This document shows positions 9,203 to 21,851 of a stretch of 64,000 nucleotides of DNA, one piece after another. Below the pieces are notes generated by a model, which worked only from the letters and a program-made list of their open reading frames with translations, searched no databases and had not been told where the DNA came from. Position 1 is the stretch's first letter; every line of letters begins with the position of its first letter. Origin of the DNA: Vitrella brassicaformis CCMP3155 (Eukaryota > Protista > Chromerida); the NCBI GenBank assembly GCA_001179505.1, contig CDMY01000499.1, positions 1 to 64,000 on the forward strand, read 5' to 3'. The position numbers and the translations under genes are program-made.

Positions 9203-11778
9203 TCAGTTGGTGCCATTGCCATTGCCATTGCCGTTGTTGTGGTTGTGGTTATGGTTGTGGTGGTTGTTGTTATTGCCGTTTCCATTCCCGTTTCTGCCGT
9301 TTCTCTTGCGTCTCCTAGCCCTTGCCAATGGGGAATCGGTATGGTTTGCCGAGGGCAGTGTGAGCGCCCCAGGGGGCGGCAGCTCGGGCACGCGCCAGTG
9401 CAGGAGGTCATAGTGGTCTGGGTGGGGGTACCCTGCACACAGACACACTCACACAGAAACATGCACACATGCATGAGCAGAGAGGGAGTGGTGGACTTGC
9501 CTGGCCCTTTCTTGAGTAGGCCCAGAGTGGCTGGGGAGCTGTATCGGTGCTCGAAGTATGGGTGCCGCCTCGGCCGCCCCTTGGTGTCCAATGGCAGCCG
9601 CAAACTGCCCTCTTGCGGAAGCTGAAAATACACGGACGCAGGAGAGATGGAGAGAAAGACACAAGCAGACAAGGAGCCAGTGTGTTGAGCTGGCGCTCCT
9701 TCCTCCATTCGACTAAGTTCTGACCTCGAGTTTTTCGAATGTGTGTCTTGCTTCCGTCCGGAAGACGATGACGTCACCGTACTCAACCGGGGGGATGCCT
9801 GCATTCCATCCCATCCCATCCCCCCCACACATGGCACCATGTGGTGGGCAGAGCTCAGGCAGGTCTAGTAGGTCTGGTCAGCTCACTCACCGAGCCCCTT
9901 CCGCGGCTTGGCGTCATTCTGCTCGAACCGGAACCTCTCGGGCGAGTCCTGCCTTGTGAGCACGGGACGCTCCTACAACACGCAGACACGCAAGGTAAAA
10001 GCTCTTGTCGGTGTCTCTGTCTTGGGGTGTGTGTGCGTGATCGGGGCTGGCTGATGCACTCACATATGGGTGTGGCGAGATACACGCGGCCACACCGCCG
10101 CTGGACAGCTCCCTGCACATATTGCAATCAACCGCATAAACAGCAGCGTAAGTGGGTGGATCTCTCTCTCTCTCTCTCTCCCTGTCTTTCTATCTGTCTG
10201 TCTGTCTGTCGCTCCTCCCGTCCATTGGCACACCGGTGCTGTATGACGGGCGCCATAGGTGGCCTGAGTGGCCTCCGCGGAGGCAGCTCACTCTCACCGC
10301 CCTCTTCGCCGCCCTCCTCGCCACCCTCAAACCCACCTGATTGATGGGTGGATAGATCATGCGCATGTCTCTCCTTTCTGGGGCATGGATTCTGTGCACC
10401 TGGGGTGTCTGCATACCTGATGCCGCTCGTCTGAGTTGGTACTCGGGGTCGAATCTGTGCATTGGTGAGAAGAGCTCCGAGGCGGACCGACGCATCTGGA
10501 GCACCCTTTGCTGCAGCCAGGGATGGATGGATGGATGGGCCCACAAATGATGAGATGATGTGCACAGGCGACCAGGTGTTGCATTATTGCCTACCATATC
10601 TGTGGAGACATTCTTCAGACTGGCAGTGCAAACAAACAAACAAACAAACAAAGGAACAAACAAAGGGGAGACACAGCCGATAAAGATCCATGTGTGTCTG
10701 TGTGGGGGTAGCTGTTCTTGCTCACTTCCCGCCGATGATGCCCTCGTGCTCCGTCTGAGACAGACCTGGGCAAACAACATCCGATCGTCTAGCCCTGTGC
10801 AATCGCGGAATGGATGATATCCTCCTACCTGATCCCTTTCGTCTGAGACCGTCGGTTGAGTCGAATCGATGAAAGGGAGACGACCCACGGGTAGGAATCA
10901 CCACCTTCGCCCCTACACGAAGGACGTCAACACACAAGCACACCAACACACACACAGAGAGCATTTCTTTCCCCATTCTTTCCTCTAGGCTATCTATGAC
11001 ACTCACTGGGGTCGTATGGCTTCCAAGGCGGCGGCTGTGAGACACTGGGCCTCACCCTCGCCTTGCCGGGAGTCCGCAGCCTTGCCCTCTCATTCTGCTG
11101 CCCATACGCACCCTTGTACACCACGGGCAGCTCTGCGTCGATCATTTTCTTGGGCTTGACCGATCCCATCATGAAGCGGGGGTCCTCCCATTGCTGGCCC
11201 CCTGCAATGGGGTAGAGGGGCGGCCGGTGGGGAGGGGCGAACTTGCGGCGGCCGCGGGGGTCTGCAGACTTGGACCGGAGCTTCACGCCCTTGGATGTCA
11301 CCTGGAGACACACACAGAAGAGGCAGAGGCAATATAGAAAATCTCTTTATCGGATTTGCAGGCTGCAGCTCACGGCATGCAGCCAGTGCCATCCCGAGTA
11401 CTGGCCCGGGTGGACAGCCGCCCCAGGCACATCCACCCGCCGCTTGCTCAGGAACCCATAGGTGACGAGCGTCGATGGCAGAGTCTGCACCTCGACACAC
11501 GGGCCCCTCTGCTTCCTAGTGAAGCCGTAGACGCCACGAGCTGCAGTCTCCTCTTTGGGTGCCGCAAAAGGCCCGCGTTGCTTGCTGGGAAATCCATAGA
11601 CAGCACGGGCAGGGGAGCGTGGCCGCGTGATGACCGGGTGGCCCACAGTGCAATCCTCGGGTGGGATCAGGTGCATCAGGTTGCCGGCTGACTTGCTCAG
11701 TTCCAGCACCCCATCCCCATCCATCCAGGGCACGAGGGGCTCACATGAGCCCGGCTTCACGTTGCTCTCCCACGCCAT
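9203..11778 (-). CDS. Hypothetical multi-exon Pro/Arg-rich protein with YGFxx(K)QR repeats and an N/G/H-rich tail
   Basis: Coding-like segments 11347-11778, 10990-11313, parts of 10190-10888 and 9203-9448, separated by microsatellite introns. Exon structure only partly resolved. Confidence 0.5.
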
Positions 11779-11856
11779 GACACACGTCGGTTAATTCGGG
11801 ACTCGCGAAGCCTGCTGAGAGTGGCACGCTCTTACCGTCCAAAGTATTTGTCCGTA

Positions 11857-13500
11857 ATGGGTCGGGACGGTCCAAACCCGAGAAACCCTGCGACCTTCGG
11901 GGACGTAGGGTTAGGAGACGGGTTTGCTCTGACTTCCTCACGAGTGATGATGAAACTGCCTCGAGGTGATAGCGGCAGTGGCAGTTTGTACACCGGCAGT
12001 CCGTCCCGCTCCCTGTCGGCCATCCCCGTGGATCGTCCGAGTGCCGACAGTCCCCTTTCGCTGACACCTACCGGCTCAAGTCGTCGGATCACGGAAGACA
12101 CCCAGCGAGCGCCTCTTCCACCTTGCTTACCAACCCAAGCTGCCGATGACAGTGTGCTGGTTGAGATCCGCACTCTGCCTGAGGAATGGGGATCTTGGAC
12201 TATCGAGATCTGCGGTCCGATAAAACTGGTCAGTCACACAAGAAAACGATGAGATCTATGTCCTGCTTCGTTCTCCCTTTTGTTCTGTTCAGTGGCTAAG
12301 GGACACTCCCGTCAACTCCCTCATCGATATTGTCCTCGCGGGTGCGCTCAACTACGCTTATTGCGTCGTCACCGCGGATCTCATCGGCCCCGAAAGACTG
12401 GTTTATTGGTGGTTCGACATTGTCTGTCGATATCTCTGGTCGACATTCATCCTCACGTTGAAAATCGTGGGTCATTTCCAGCCTCCACGCAGCGTCCTTG
12501 AAATGGTGCTTGTCAATATCGCCTGCATCGTCGCAGTCGGACTGGGCAGCTTCGCTCTATACATTGCGCCAATCGGACGTAAGGAACAACACATTTATTT
12601 ACGGACAGGGACATGAGCCAATCTGGCATGCATCGGCTGGGTATACCTCTTGTGAATAGGTCTGTTCACGTTTCTGTGGTACATCGGGAACATTTGGTGC
12701 GGAGGATGCACCGTTTTCATCGTTTTTGTCCCAAGGTCATTCAAGGTCCCAACGAGTCCCCCTTCTCCTCGGGCCGACCGGTGTCGCCTTCCTCGTCCGC
12801 ATATCATTCAGCATATTCGCGCCAAAAAGTTCTCACCTCTTCGGTATGCAGACTCGATTGCGTATCAAAGACTCGCTCAGTCGTGCTCCTTCAAAGTCAG
12901 CGCCATCGCAGTGGTAAGCCACTCACGGACTTTCTTCGTTTATATCACCAGCGACTCTCTCTTTCTCTGCCTGTGTGCATTTTATGTCATCCTACTTGTC
13001 AGGAGAGATCAGTCAAACTCTTGCTGTTTTTCCTCGTGATGCTCGATTGGACTCCCGATCTTGCCGTCGGTGTTGACCTTGTCACTCGTGGGCTCCTCTG
13101 GCAATCCGTCATCATCTTCGTCCTCTCTCTCTGCGATTGCGTTGCGCTCAATGCCCACTGGCGTGCGCGGCCTCTGATGGAATTGTCCGTGACATTCCAT
13201 CTCATCACTTTCATCGTCTCGCTGGGAGAGATACCTATCGCCATCATCACCTTTATGTCCATGCCGGTGGATCAGTCGGACCTCAGTACACTCGTCCTGT
13301 ACGTCCTTTCAATCGTCTTCACCTGTCTGATGGTCTGCTTCAAAGGAGGGATGCTGTTCGCCCAAGTAAGGAGAGAGCGACTGAGAGAGAAACGGACGAC
13401 GAGCAGCATCACGAGGACCACCACGAGCACCACCACGAGAACCACCACGAGGGAGTACTGCTTGCGTCCAGTCTCGCACCAAGTCACACAAGATAGGTGA
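11857..13500 (+). CDS. Hypothetical multi-pass membrane protein
   Basis: S/P-rich N-terminus followed by several hydrophobic exons (IDIVLAGALNYAYCVV, MVLVNIACIVAVGLGSFALYI, LLWQSVIIFVLSLCDCVAL, LVLYVLSIVFTCLMVCF) flanked by GT-AG sites. Confidence 0.6.
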
Positions 13501-13627
13501 ATCGCGCGGTCTGGGGAGTTGGGTTGGGGTGGTTTTGTGAGGTTCGATCCACTGGGTGGAATGGGGGTGTATTTCATTCGATGCTCTCTGCACACGTGAG
13601 GTGTGTGGTGTGCTGGGGGGGGGGGGG

Positions 13628-13927
13628 NNNNNNNNNNNNNNNNNNNNNNNNNNNNNNNNNNNNNNNNNNNNNNNNNNNNNNNNNNNNNNNNNNNNNNNNN
13701 NNNNNNNNNNNNNNNNNNNNNNNNNNNNNNNNNNNNNNNNNNNNNNNNNNNNNNNNNNNNNNNNNNNNNNNNNNNNNNNNNNNNNNNNNNNNNNNNNNNN
13801 NNNNNNNNNNNNNNNNNNNNNNNNNNNNNNNNNNNNNNNNNNNNNNNNNNNNNNNNNNNNNNNNNNNNNNNNNNNNNNNNNNNNNNNNNNNNNNNNNNNN
13901 NNNNNNNNNNNNNNNNNNNNNNNNNNN
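13628..13927. other. Assembly gap (300 N) flanked by poly-G
   Basis: N run. Confidence 1.
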
Positions 13928-15497
13928 GGGGGGGGGGGGGAAGAGGGAGTGGGATGATTGCAGGTTTTATTGATTTCATCGGTGCTTTATCTTCGCGTTC
14001 AAGGCAGGATTTGTACCTGTCTGGCGGTGGATTACGTGGAGTGACTACTGTGTGACGTGTGGTGGGTGGCCTTCATGTGTTCGTGTCTTTTGTGCATGGT
14101 GTCGATGATCAAGCTCACGAATCCATATGCCATACGTACACATAATGCATGTGTATGTGTATGTGTATGTGCGTTTCGTAGTTTATGTCGCGTCTGACAG
14201 AATGCCTTTACGACAGTCAGCCCATCGCCCCAGCTAGCATGGCAATGCAATGGATTATTCTGTGTTTTCATGTTGGTGCATACCATGCGGCGTAGGTAGA
14301 TTGGTGGGTGGCTGGGTGTATTGTTGGTCGATAGATTAGTCGACTAGTCAGCGCTGGTCTCGGTCGTGTACAGTGGATTCGTGTAATTCATGATCACGAC
14401 AAGGCAAGGTCTGTGCGAAAAGGTGGATCGGCCGGAGAAGGCAGCCGATCAGACAGACATCTCGCCACTCAAAAAGACATCTTTCCATTGCAAAAAGCCA
14501 TATGCTCCATCAAAAAGCCATCTTTCTGTACAAAAGACAGCTCGCTGAGGCAGAAATACATCTTTCCGGCGGACGTGACAGCACGCTGATCAATGCACCC
14601 ACTCACACGCACACACAGACAGGCATTGAAACGTCAACTGGCCACGGAGGGTCTCTGAAAGCCGTCCATTCACATCATCCATGGCCAACCAACACATGCA
14701 CACCACGCTCATTCACACACGCACAGACAGTCACTCAGACAGTCACACATGCAAGCCGCAACCTTCGTCCCACCCAGGAAGGTCATCCAAAGAGCCGGGG
14801 CAGTCAAATAGTGTCTCTCTGTCCATTCCTTGCGTTGTCTCTATATATACTCGTGCAGTGTGTGGTTTGTCTATTTGTGTGCGCGAGGATTGGATCGCAA
14901 ACAGTCACGCGCATTGCAATGCCCGGACTTTTACGTGCGTGCCTGTCTGTCTGTCTGTCTGTCTGTCGGTGTGTCGGTTGGTTGATTGATGGCTTACGTT
15001 AGATGGTGCAGCATCTGTGTCCGCGGGAACATACAGAGGGGGCCCAGCAGCTGACGGACACGAAGAGAGGAGGGGGACTCCTCGGAGGCCGTCGTGTGCT
15101 CTGCACTGGTCGACTCGGAGTGGCCGGCGCTGTTATCTGAACACACAGACACGCAGACAGACAGACAGACAGACAGCGACGTATACATAGGAAGACAGGG
15201 AGTCGACCAGCACTGCCCCAACACGTCACGGTGTCGTTGCAGTCGACCCCTTCACAGCAGCTGCAGCTGACTGTGCGACACTACATATGCATTGCCTGGT
15301 CCCATGATAAGGAAGAAGGGGAGAAGGAAGTCGGACAGACTTCCTTTGAAGTCGGACAGACTTCCTTTGTATGAGTGTTGTGTCATTCATTATCAGAGTC
15401 TTGTACGAGGTACAGCAAACACATGGTCAGGCATGGTCCGTACGTCGTGGCCTCTGGCGATGCGGCGCTTGTAAACTGGCGGCGGGATCGCTGCAAG

Positions 15498-16030
15498 TTA
15501 CCACTGCCATGCGCCCACTATCATGCCGATCACAGTAAAAATGCCGATCACGATGCTGAGGATGGTATCAAAACATTCTGGCTTGGCGTACGTGAACCAC
15601 CCACATTCGTCGTCGTCCTCTTCCTCCCCAACATCTGCAGACACAAACGCAGACAGGCAGACAGACAGACAGGCAGGCAGACACACACACACAGGTGAAG
15701 ACTTTCTTCCCCCCTCATACATGCTGTCTACGTTCCTGTCTGACAGACGCACCTGCTGGGCCAGCTGATGCGGCCCGCACGCACACTCTGGAGCCGATCG
15801 GCAGGGCATCGCAGTCGATGGATGGATTGAGCCGGGGAAATTCTTTGGGTCCCAATGCCTGTGACTGCCTGTGACAGTCAAGTAGATGTCGAAGCAAGTG
15901 TCGCCACTCCGGACCACCACAACTCCCCACAAGGCACTTCTGCTGACGTGGGAAGAGGACAAAAATTAATCACCACGCCGAGGCAGAGGACCAGCAGAGA
16001 CACGTGCGACACAGGGAGTCCGGGGAATGG
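15498..16030 (-). pseudogene. LysM-domain + shared TM-anchor paralog, frame-disrupted
   Basis: VVVRSGDTCFDIY and LNPSIDCDALPIGSRVCV (the two halves of a Cys-type LysM) lie in different frames. A phase-1 intron then leads to DDDECGWFTYAKPECFDTILSIVIGIFTVIGMIVGAWQW*. Confidence 0.6.
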
Positions 16031-16673
16031 GTGAGTGAGCGAACCAATGGGATGGACACAAAGGGCCGGGCAAACAGCTGGCAGGAGGGAGGGAATCAAC
16101 CAACTCGGAGCGATCAAAGGAGACGGAGGGGCAGCTGTTTCGATGGCCTGATGGACGAGGATTACTTTGGGATTGTAGCCCGTCGCTGTCTTCGGGCGGA
16201 GAGCTGTCTTCGCGGGAGGCCGCGGGAGTGATTCGAGCAATCAGAGAGAGAGAGCAGGTCTCGCGCCGGCGCAACTCAGAGGGAGGGGAGATGGAGGATT
16301 GCTTCTCGTGTGTAAATCAAACTCCCTCTTGAATTCCGCCTTCGGTGGAAGGCAGGTAGATGCTGCCTAGGTATACAATTCTGCAAGCAAGAGCAAGTAT
16401 CGGGGAGGCCCATTGAGTGGTGGTCTCACGTGGGGGCCTGCCCCCAGTCGACAGTCTACTCAACCGCCATCGTGATGAAATTTTCCTCCTCCGTCGGGCT
16501 GGCGGGACTCGCTACGCTTTCGCCGTTCCCCGAAATGCATGCAAAGCCCCCAAGCTCGCATGCAAGCCCCCGCAAGGAAACCGAAGGAAGTGCTAGTTTG
16601 GCCCCAATTACGGAAACGAACACTTTGTTTCGTAAGAGCGTGCCACGCTCGTGAAACTCGCGAGTCCCGAAAG

Positions 16674-19600
16674 ATGATAGCTGTCCTTCTGCTGGCTCTG
16701 CTCGGCAGAGCCTCTGGGCAATGTAAGTGGCGGCCGAGACAATGGCAATTCTTTTTTCACAGCGTTTGTGTGACTGTGTGCTCACGTGTGCTCTCACCTG
16801 CTTTATCTCAGCGACAAATGAGGCGGGCTTCAGGGCGCTGTTCGGCACGTCAGCCTTCGTCGCACCGACATGCTCGTCCGCAACGACAGTGTCTAGCTCG
16901 GCTGACTCAGGATCTGGCTCTCTCAGAGAGGCGCTTGGCATGCTGGAAGCGGAACAGCCCGAGACGGAGACTACCATTCGCTGCATCCGCATCGATGGGA
17001 GTATTAGCGAAATCACTGTACTTAGCCCTCTCACATTCAGCGGCTCCAACGTCTACGTCTTCCCTCAAAACCTGGACGATGCCAGCACTTTTCCAGTGCT
17101 CAAGCCCGCCAAGCGAGATATAGAGGTGCTGAATGTGGATTCTGCCACGGGGCTCACTCTCGCCGGTCTGCGCTTCACCAATACCGGATCTGACCCCTTG
17201 CAGAGTAGCGACCAAGCAGCAACATGCGTTCGTGTTCATCATTCTCAGGACCGGGCCCCGATGAGCGTTGCCTTCTACCGAGTATCCGTTCAAGAGTACA
17301 CGATCGTTGCCTTTCGGACAAAATACCATGCCGCCGTGACTATTGGACAGGGCGAGCGGGATAAACAATACGATGGCTTGGTTTTCTTTACGGAGTCCGC
17401 CATTCACGGCAACACCGGGACTACTTTGGAATGCAAGGCCCAGACTATAACAATGGCATGAGCGTAAGCCTCCGATACAGCCTCGTTTCCGGCAATCTTC
17501 TACACTACAATGAGTATTGGTCGGGTTATACCCCTTATTATAACGTGAAGACATATTACTGTTCGCATCTCTTGATCCACGCGAGTACCTTCGAAAACAA
17601 TGTGGCCGTTGATGAGTCCCAGGCGAATGGCATCTTTTTTACGCCAGCCTTGACAGTCACCCAGTCCCTTTTCCGTAACAACCAGGCGCCTGCCTTTATC
17701 TTTTATCTAAATGGCGGCACAACCATTGAAGCAAGCAGCTTTATCAACAACAAGCCGAGCTCTTTGAGGGGCAGCTATACGGGGATACTACATGCCCACG
17801 GCCCAGCCATCACAATTTCGGAATGCCTATTCCATGGAAATCAGCCTGGTGTCGGCGAACTCTTGCAATCCAGCAACACACCATTCGAAGAAGGGACGGA
17901 TATTATCATCAGAAGGTCGACGTTTCGTCAGAATCGACCTCAAGACGCCGATGATGCCGATGAAGCAAGCGAGCGACATGTCCTCGCTTTTGATACCTAC
18001 CGCCACGCCGAGGTCGTTGGCAATTGTTTCATCGAAAACGAGATGACCATAACAATTCATGCGACCGATCGAAAAGAAGACCGCCTTCCTACCGAGACCG
18101 TTACAATCACCGGCAATGGTTTCATCAAGAGAACGGGTGGCAGCAGTGATGTCTTGTACAAGTTCGAGAACCCAAACGAGTATCATGAGGGCATAACAGT
18201 TAGAGACAACACGCAACGATGCGCCGACGTATGTGGCAATGGGCTGGTGATGCCCGGCATTGAGGAGTGTGATGATGTCGGGACACCTACCAGCACTGCG
18301 ACACCAGCAAGCGGCGATGGCTGCAGTGCGTCATGCACGATTGAAGAGGGATGGGAGTGTAACAATCAGAAAACATATGGTTACGAAGGAGAAGGGCCTT
18401 CTGTCTGTACAGGTTGGTGGAGACAAGAAGGCAGAGACAGAATGTTTTCTTACTCGTACGCATTGTTGCGTGATTTTTGCAGCTCGGCCGATGATCCCCA
18501 CCCTCAGTACTGAAACCCTCAGCATTCGCATATTGCCTTTCGCAGTGAGCATCGCGCTCTCCGAGCCAGCCAAGTCCGGATCCTTTGAGGCCGCCGACAT
18601 CATCCTTTCTGGTGCTGCTGAGGCATCCATTACTTCTCTGCAAACCGTCTCCAACCAGCGCTTCACAGCCAATGTGCAGCCTACAAGCGGTGGCACTCTG
18701 AGCATTCAGCTGACCGCTGGCAAAGTGGAGATGCACAATGCGGCGGGCTACTTCAACCAAGATTCCAACGTTTTGACCGTCACCATCGGTGAGTACGTGG
18801 ACAGGCAATACACTGAATACGTACTGTTGTGACCTTTCAGATGCATTCAGACCGACACCCGTCTTGGCCGCAACGACAGCTTCTCCTGATGGCATTGTGA
18901 AGAGCGAGTCCCCCTTTAGTGTGACAGTGACATTCGATGAGCCAATACGGGCTTCGACACTGATTTTGAGTGACTTTGCCACTACAAACGCTTCTGTTGT
19001 CAGCGTCAGCGAGCTGGGGGCTTCTGGCGACACTTTCAGTATTGGTGTAGCGCCAGATGCAGACGGCGGGATAAACGTGCAGCTTCCGGAAGCCATGACT
19101 GAGGACCTTGTAGGCAATCCGAATATGGCTTCAAACATCTTAACAGTCATTTACGGTGAACAGAGAAACACTACCTCCTTTCAGAGAAACACTACCTCCT
19201 TTTCTTCTCTATGTATGTCTGTGCTTCATTTCTAGAGACGCCGCCAACAACAATACCGCCAACGCAAGGCGCCGGACCGCCGGGTTCGTCTTGCTATCGG
19301 CTGGCATCAGACTGTTTTTGTATGTGTCCTCAGACTCCGGTGGAGGTGATGGGCCACCAGACGGCGGGAATGGTGGCCCTGGTAGTGGTGACTCTGGTAA
19401 CGGTGACCCTGGTAATGGTGGCCCTGGTAATGGCGGCCCTGGTGACTGTTATTGCCCTAATTGCCCTGATCCTCCTCCTTGCGTCTGCGAAGACGCTTTG
19501 GATAACATGTTTCCTCCCTCGCAAGAGGCAGACATTTCGTCTGGAGGAGCCGAGGGCGATCCGGCGGAAGGCTGCAGTACGAGACTTGGCACCGGTGGTC

Positions 19601-20486
19601 AGCATGGGTTGCAGGAGTTCATGGGCATGAATTTTCTTTCTGTGTGTAAGTCTCGCATATGAATTCGGAGTGTGTTTCTCATGCATGCAGGCTTCCGTAT
19701 TACGCATGCAAGGACTCACAGCACATGAAGACCATCAGTCTATCCGAGACCACTTTTGTCACCGTCCTCGAGGGCTCGACCAATGACGATACGCTCAGAG
19801 GCAACTCGAAAGACAACACTCTGATCGGAGGAGACGGCGACGACAGCCTGGCTGGGCGCGGAGGGCGTGACCAACTGATTGGTGGCCGAGGATCTGACAC
19901 ATTCGTCATCACGGATGAGCCGTGCGACGTAACGATCCTTGACTTCGAGACCGGCGCATCCCACGACCAGCTGAACCTCCGCATCTTTCCTTCCATCACA
20001 AGTATGGAGGCCCTCGAGCAGCGGATGACGAGCGGCAGCGTGATCATCGACATCGATGACATGCACAGGGTGACGATAGCGAACCTCATTCAAGAAGAGG
20101 TCTTCGATCCCAGATACTTTCTCCTCAGCGAGGGAGCGGACGAGGCAAGAGACAAAGGCGACGACGAGTGCGGCTGGTTCGCCTACAGCCGGCCCGAGTG
20201 CGTTGACACCATTCTGTCCATCGTGCTTGGAATCGTCGGTGTTGCCGGCCTAGGGGTTGGCGTGTGGCAATTCGCACACAACTTCTTGAAGCGCGGCCAG
20301 AAGCCGACAGAAGAGAAGCCGACCGAGAACGAAGAGGGGATGGATCACCGAAAGCGATCCATATCCGACACTCGAGACAGCCGCAAAAAAAGCTACCTCC
20401 AGAGCAAATCCGAGCGGCGAGTGTCGGGTAGCAATCAGGAGGAAAAGCAATCAGGCGATGAGGTCGCTGCTGTCAATCGCGTCTGA
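16674..20486 (+). CDS. Gene A: type-I surface protein (signal peptide, beta-helix, CGNG..EECDD Cys repeat, 2 Ig-like, Gly/Pro linker, RTX repeats, TM, tail); one frameshift near 17435
   Basis: MIAVLLLALLGRASGQ; repeated S(T/L)FxNN beta-helix rungs; CGNGLVMPGIEECDD...GDGCSASCTIEEGWEC; two Ig-like exons 18483-18788 and 18841-19155; GGDGDDSLAGRGGRDQLIGGRGSDTF; TM ILSIVLGIVGVAGLGVGVW. Confidence 0.85.
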
Positions 20487-21016
20487 GCTTTGCTTTTGCA
20501 AAGTCCGAATATTGGATCTTTCTTTTCTGTCTTATTTATGCAGTCGGTCATCAGACGATTTTTTTAATGCATGTCGGTCATCAGACAGGTTTTTGCATTT
20601 CTCATGTGTCAAGTCTGCTGCAAAAACCTGTCACTATATTGCTAATCGATCGATGGTCACTCTATGTGTCACCTGTGCCGGCAAAAGCCAGTCCTTTGTG
20701 CTGTGTGTCACCTGTCGAATATGTGTCTCCAACCTATTTTAATTTTATGTGTGATTGCAGAATCAGAGTCATGCAGGCCATCACACAGACCCAGAAACAT
20801 AAGCCAGAACCATACATGACACATACACACGACTTCACACACCTACCGGCAGAACCAACTAAGACAGCCGCGCACGCCGCGGGCAAGCCGGAATGAGATG
20901 GGAAAAAAATTGCGTAGCAGAGCGTGTTTCGCACTGCCACCCATGCACAAACGTGCACAAACTCTGTGCACTCCAAACCCTACAAACCCCCTGCCGCCGC
21001 TCGAACAACAGAGCCC

Positions 21017-21666
21017 TCATACCATCGAGAACAAGGATGAGCAACACAGGTGGTATGAGGTGGCTGTGCTGATGCCGGACAGGGCAAGGGCTGCCAGCAG
21101 CACGATCACCTTGATGCAGACGGACAGCACCAGCTTGTACCACACCAGACGGCGGCAGAAGCGCGCAAGGTTGATGAGCGGCGGAAGGTCATCCAGAGAG
21201 CCGTACCTGAGGCAGAACAAGACGGGTGCGTGTGCGCGGATGTGTATGTGCTTTGAATGTGCATTACATACTTGAGAATGTCGGCAGCCTCCACGGCAAG
21301 GTGCTGCACGAGTCCCGGGCCACCCATGTCCTCCCCTCCCCCACAAAAGGCCACGGCGAGACCTACCTACGCCTGCACACCAAACCACATGAGTACACGC
21401 GCCTTCATCTAAAGAGTGCTTAAACAGCAGACGTTGGCCACGCGCAGGACCGACCGCTGATGGGCTGTCATGGAGCACACACACGGCACGCTTCTGACGT
21501 GATGCGTTGCCCGCATGCATGGCCGCACGGAGCGCACCTGTCTGCTGAGTGTCTTGGCGACGGCGATGTGTGTTGGGCCGCACACAGAGGCCGCAGATCC
21601 GCCGGGTTTTGTCACATGAGCCCCAGATGTGCGAGGGCTGAAAGCCACTGCATCGTCAGATTCCAT
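21017..21666 (-). CDS. Small hypothetical membrane protein (tentative)
   Basis: MESDDAVAFSP... first exon and a last exon with a hydrophobic stretch (LVLSVCIKVIVLLAALALSGI). Internal splice phases not fully reconciled. Confidence 0.35.
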
Positions 21667-21851
21667 CGTCAAGTTGCCTGATGAACAAGCACATGGTGTC
21701 AGTGGCGGCCTTTATTGTGTCGTGCTGTGAGTATCTGCCCAACAGCGGCAGCTTGACTGACCTCCATACCCTCGGTAGTTGAAAAGTGGTGGCACTGCTT
21801 AATGGGCCATCCACCAACACCCATGAGCCACACCGCTCATGTACAGGAGCC

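Noticed and set aside
15853-15875. 17-nt GT-AG segment that would restore the LysM frame
   Set aside because: Far shorter than other introns here (about 45 nt or more) and coincides with a 10-bp tandem duplication.
17425-17465. Programmed -1 ribosomal frameshift in gene A
   Set aside because: No X XXY YYZ slippery heptamer, and the paralog is continuous at this point.
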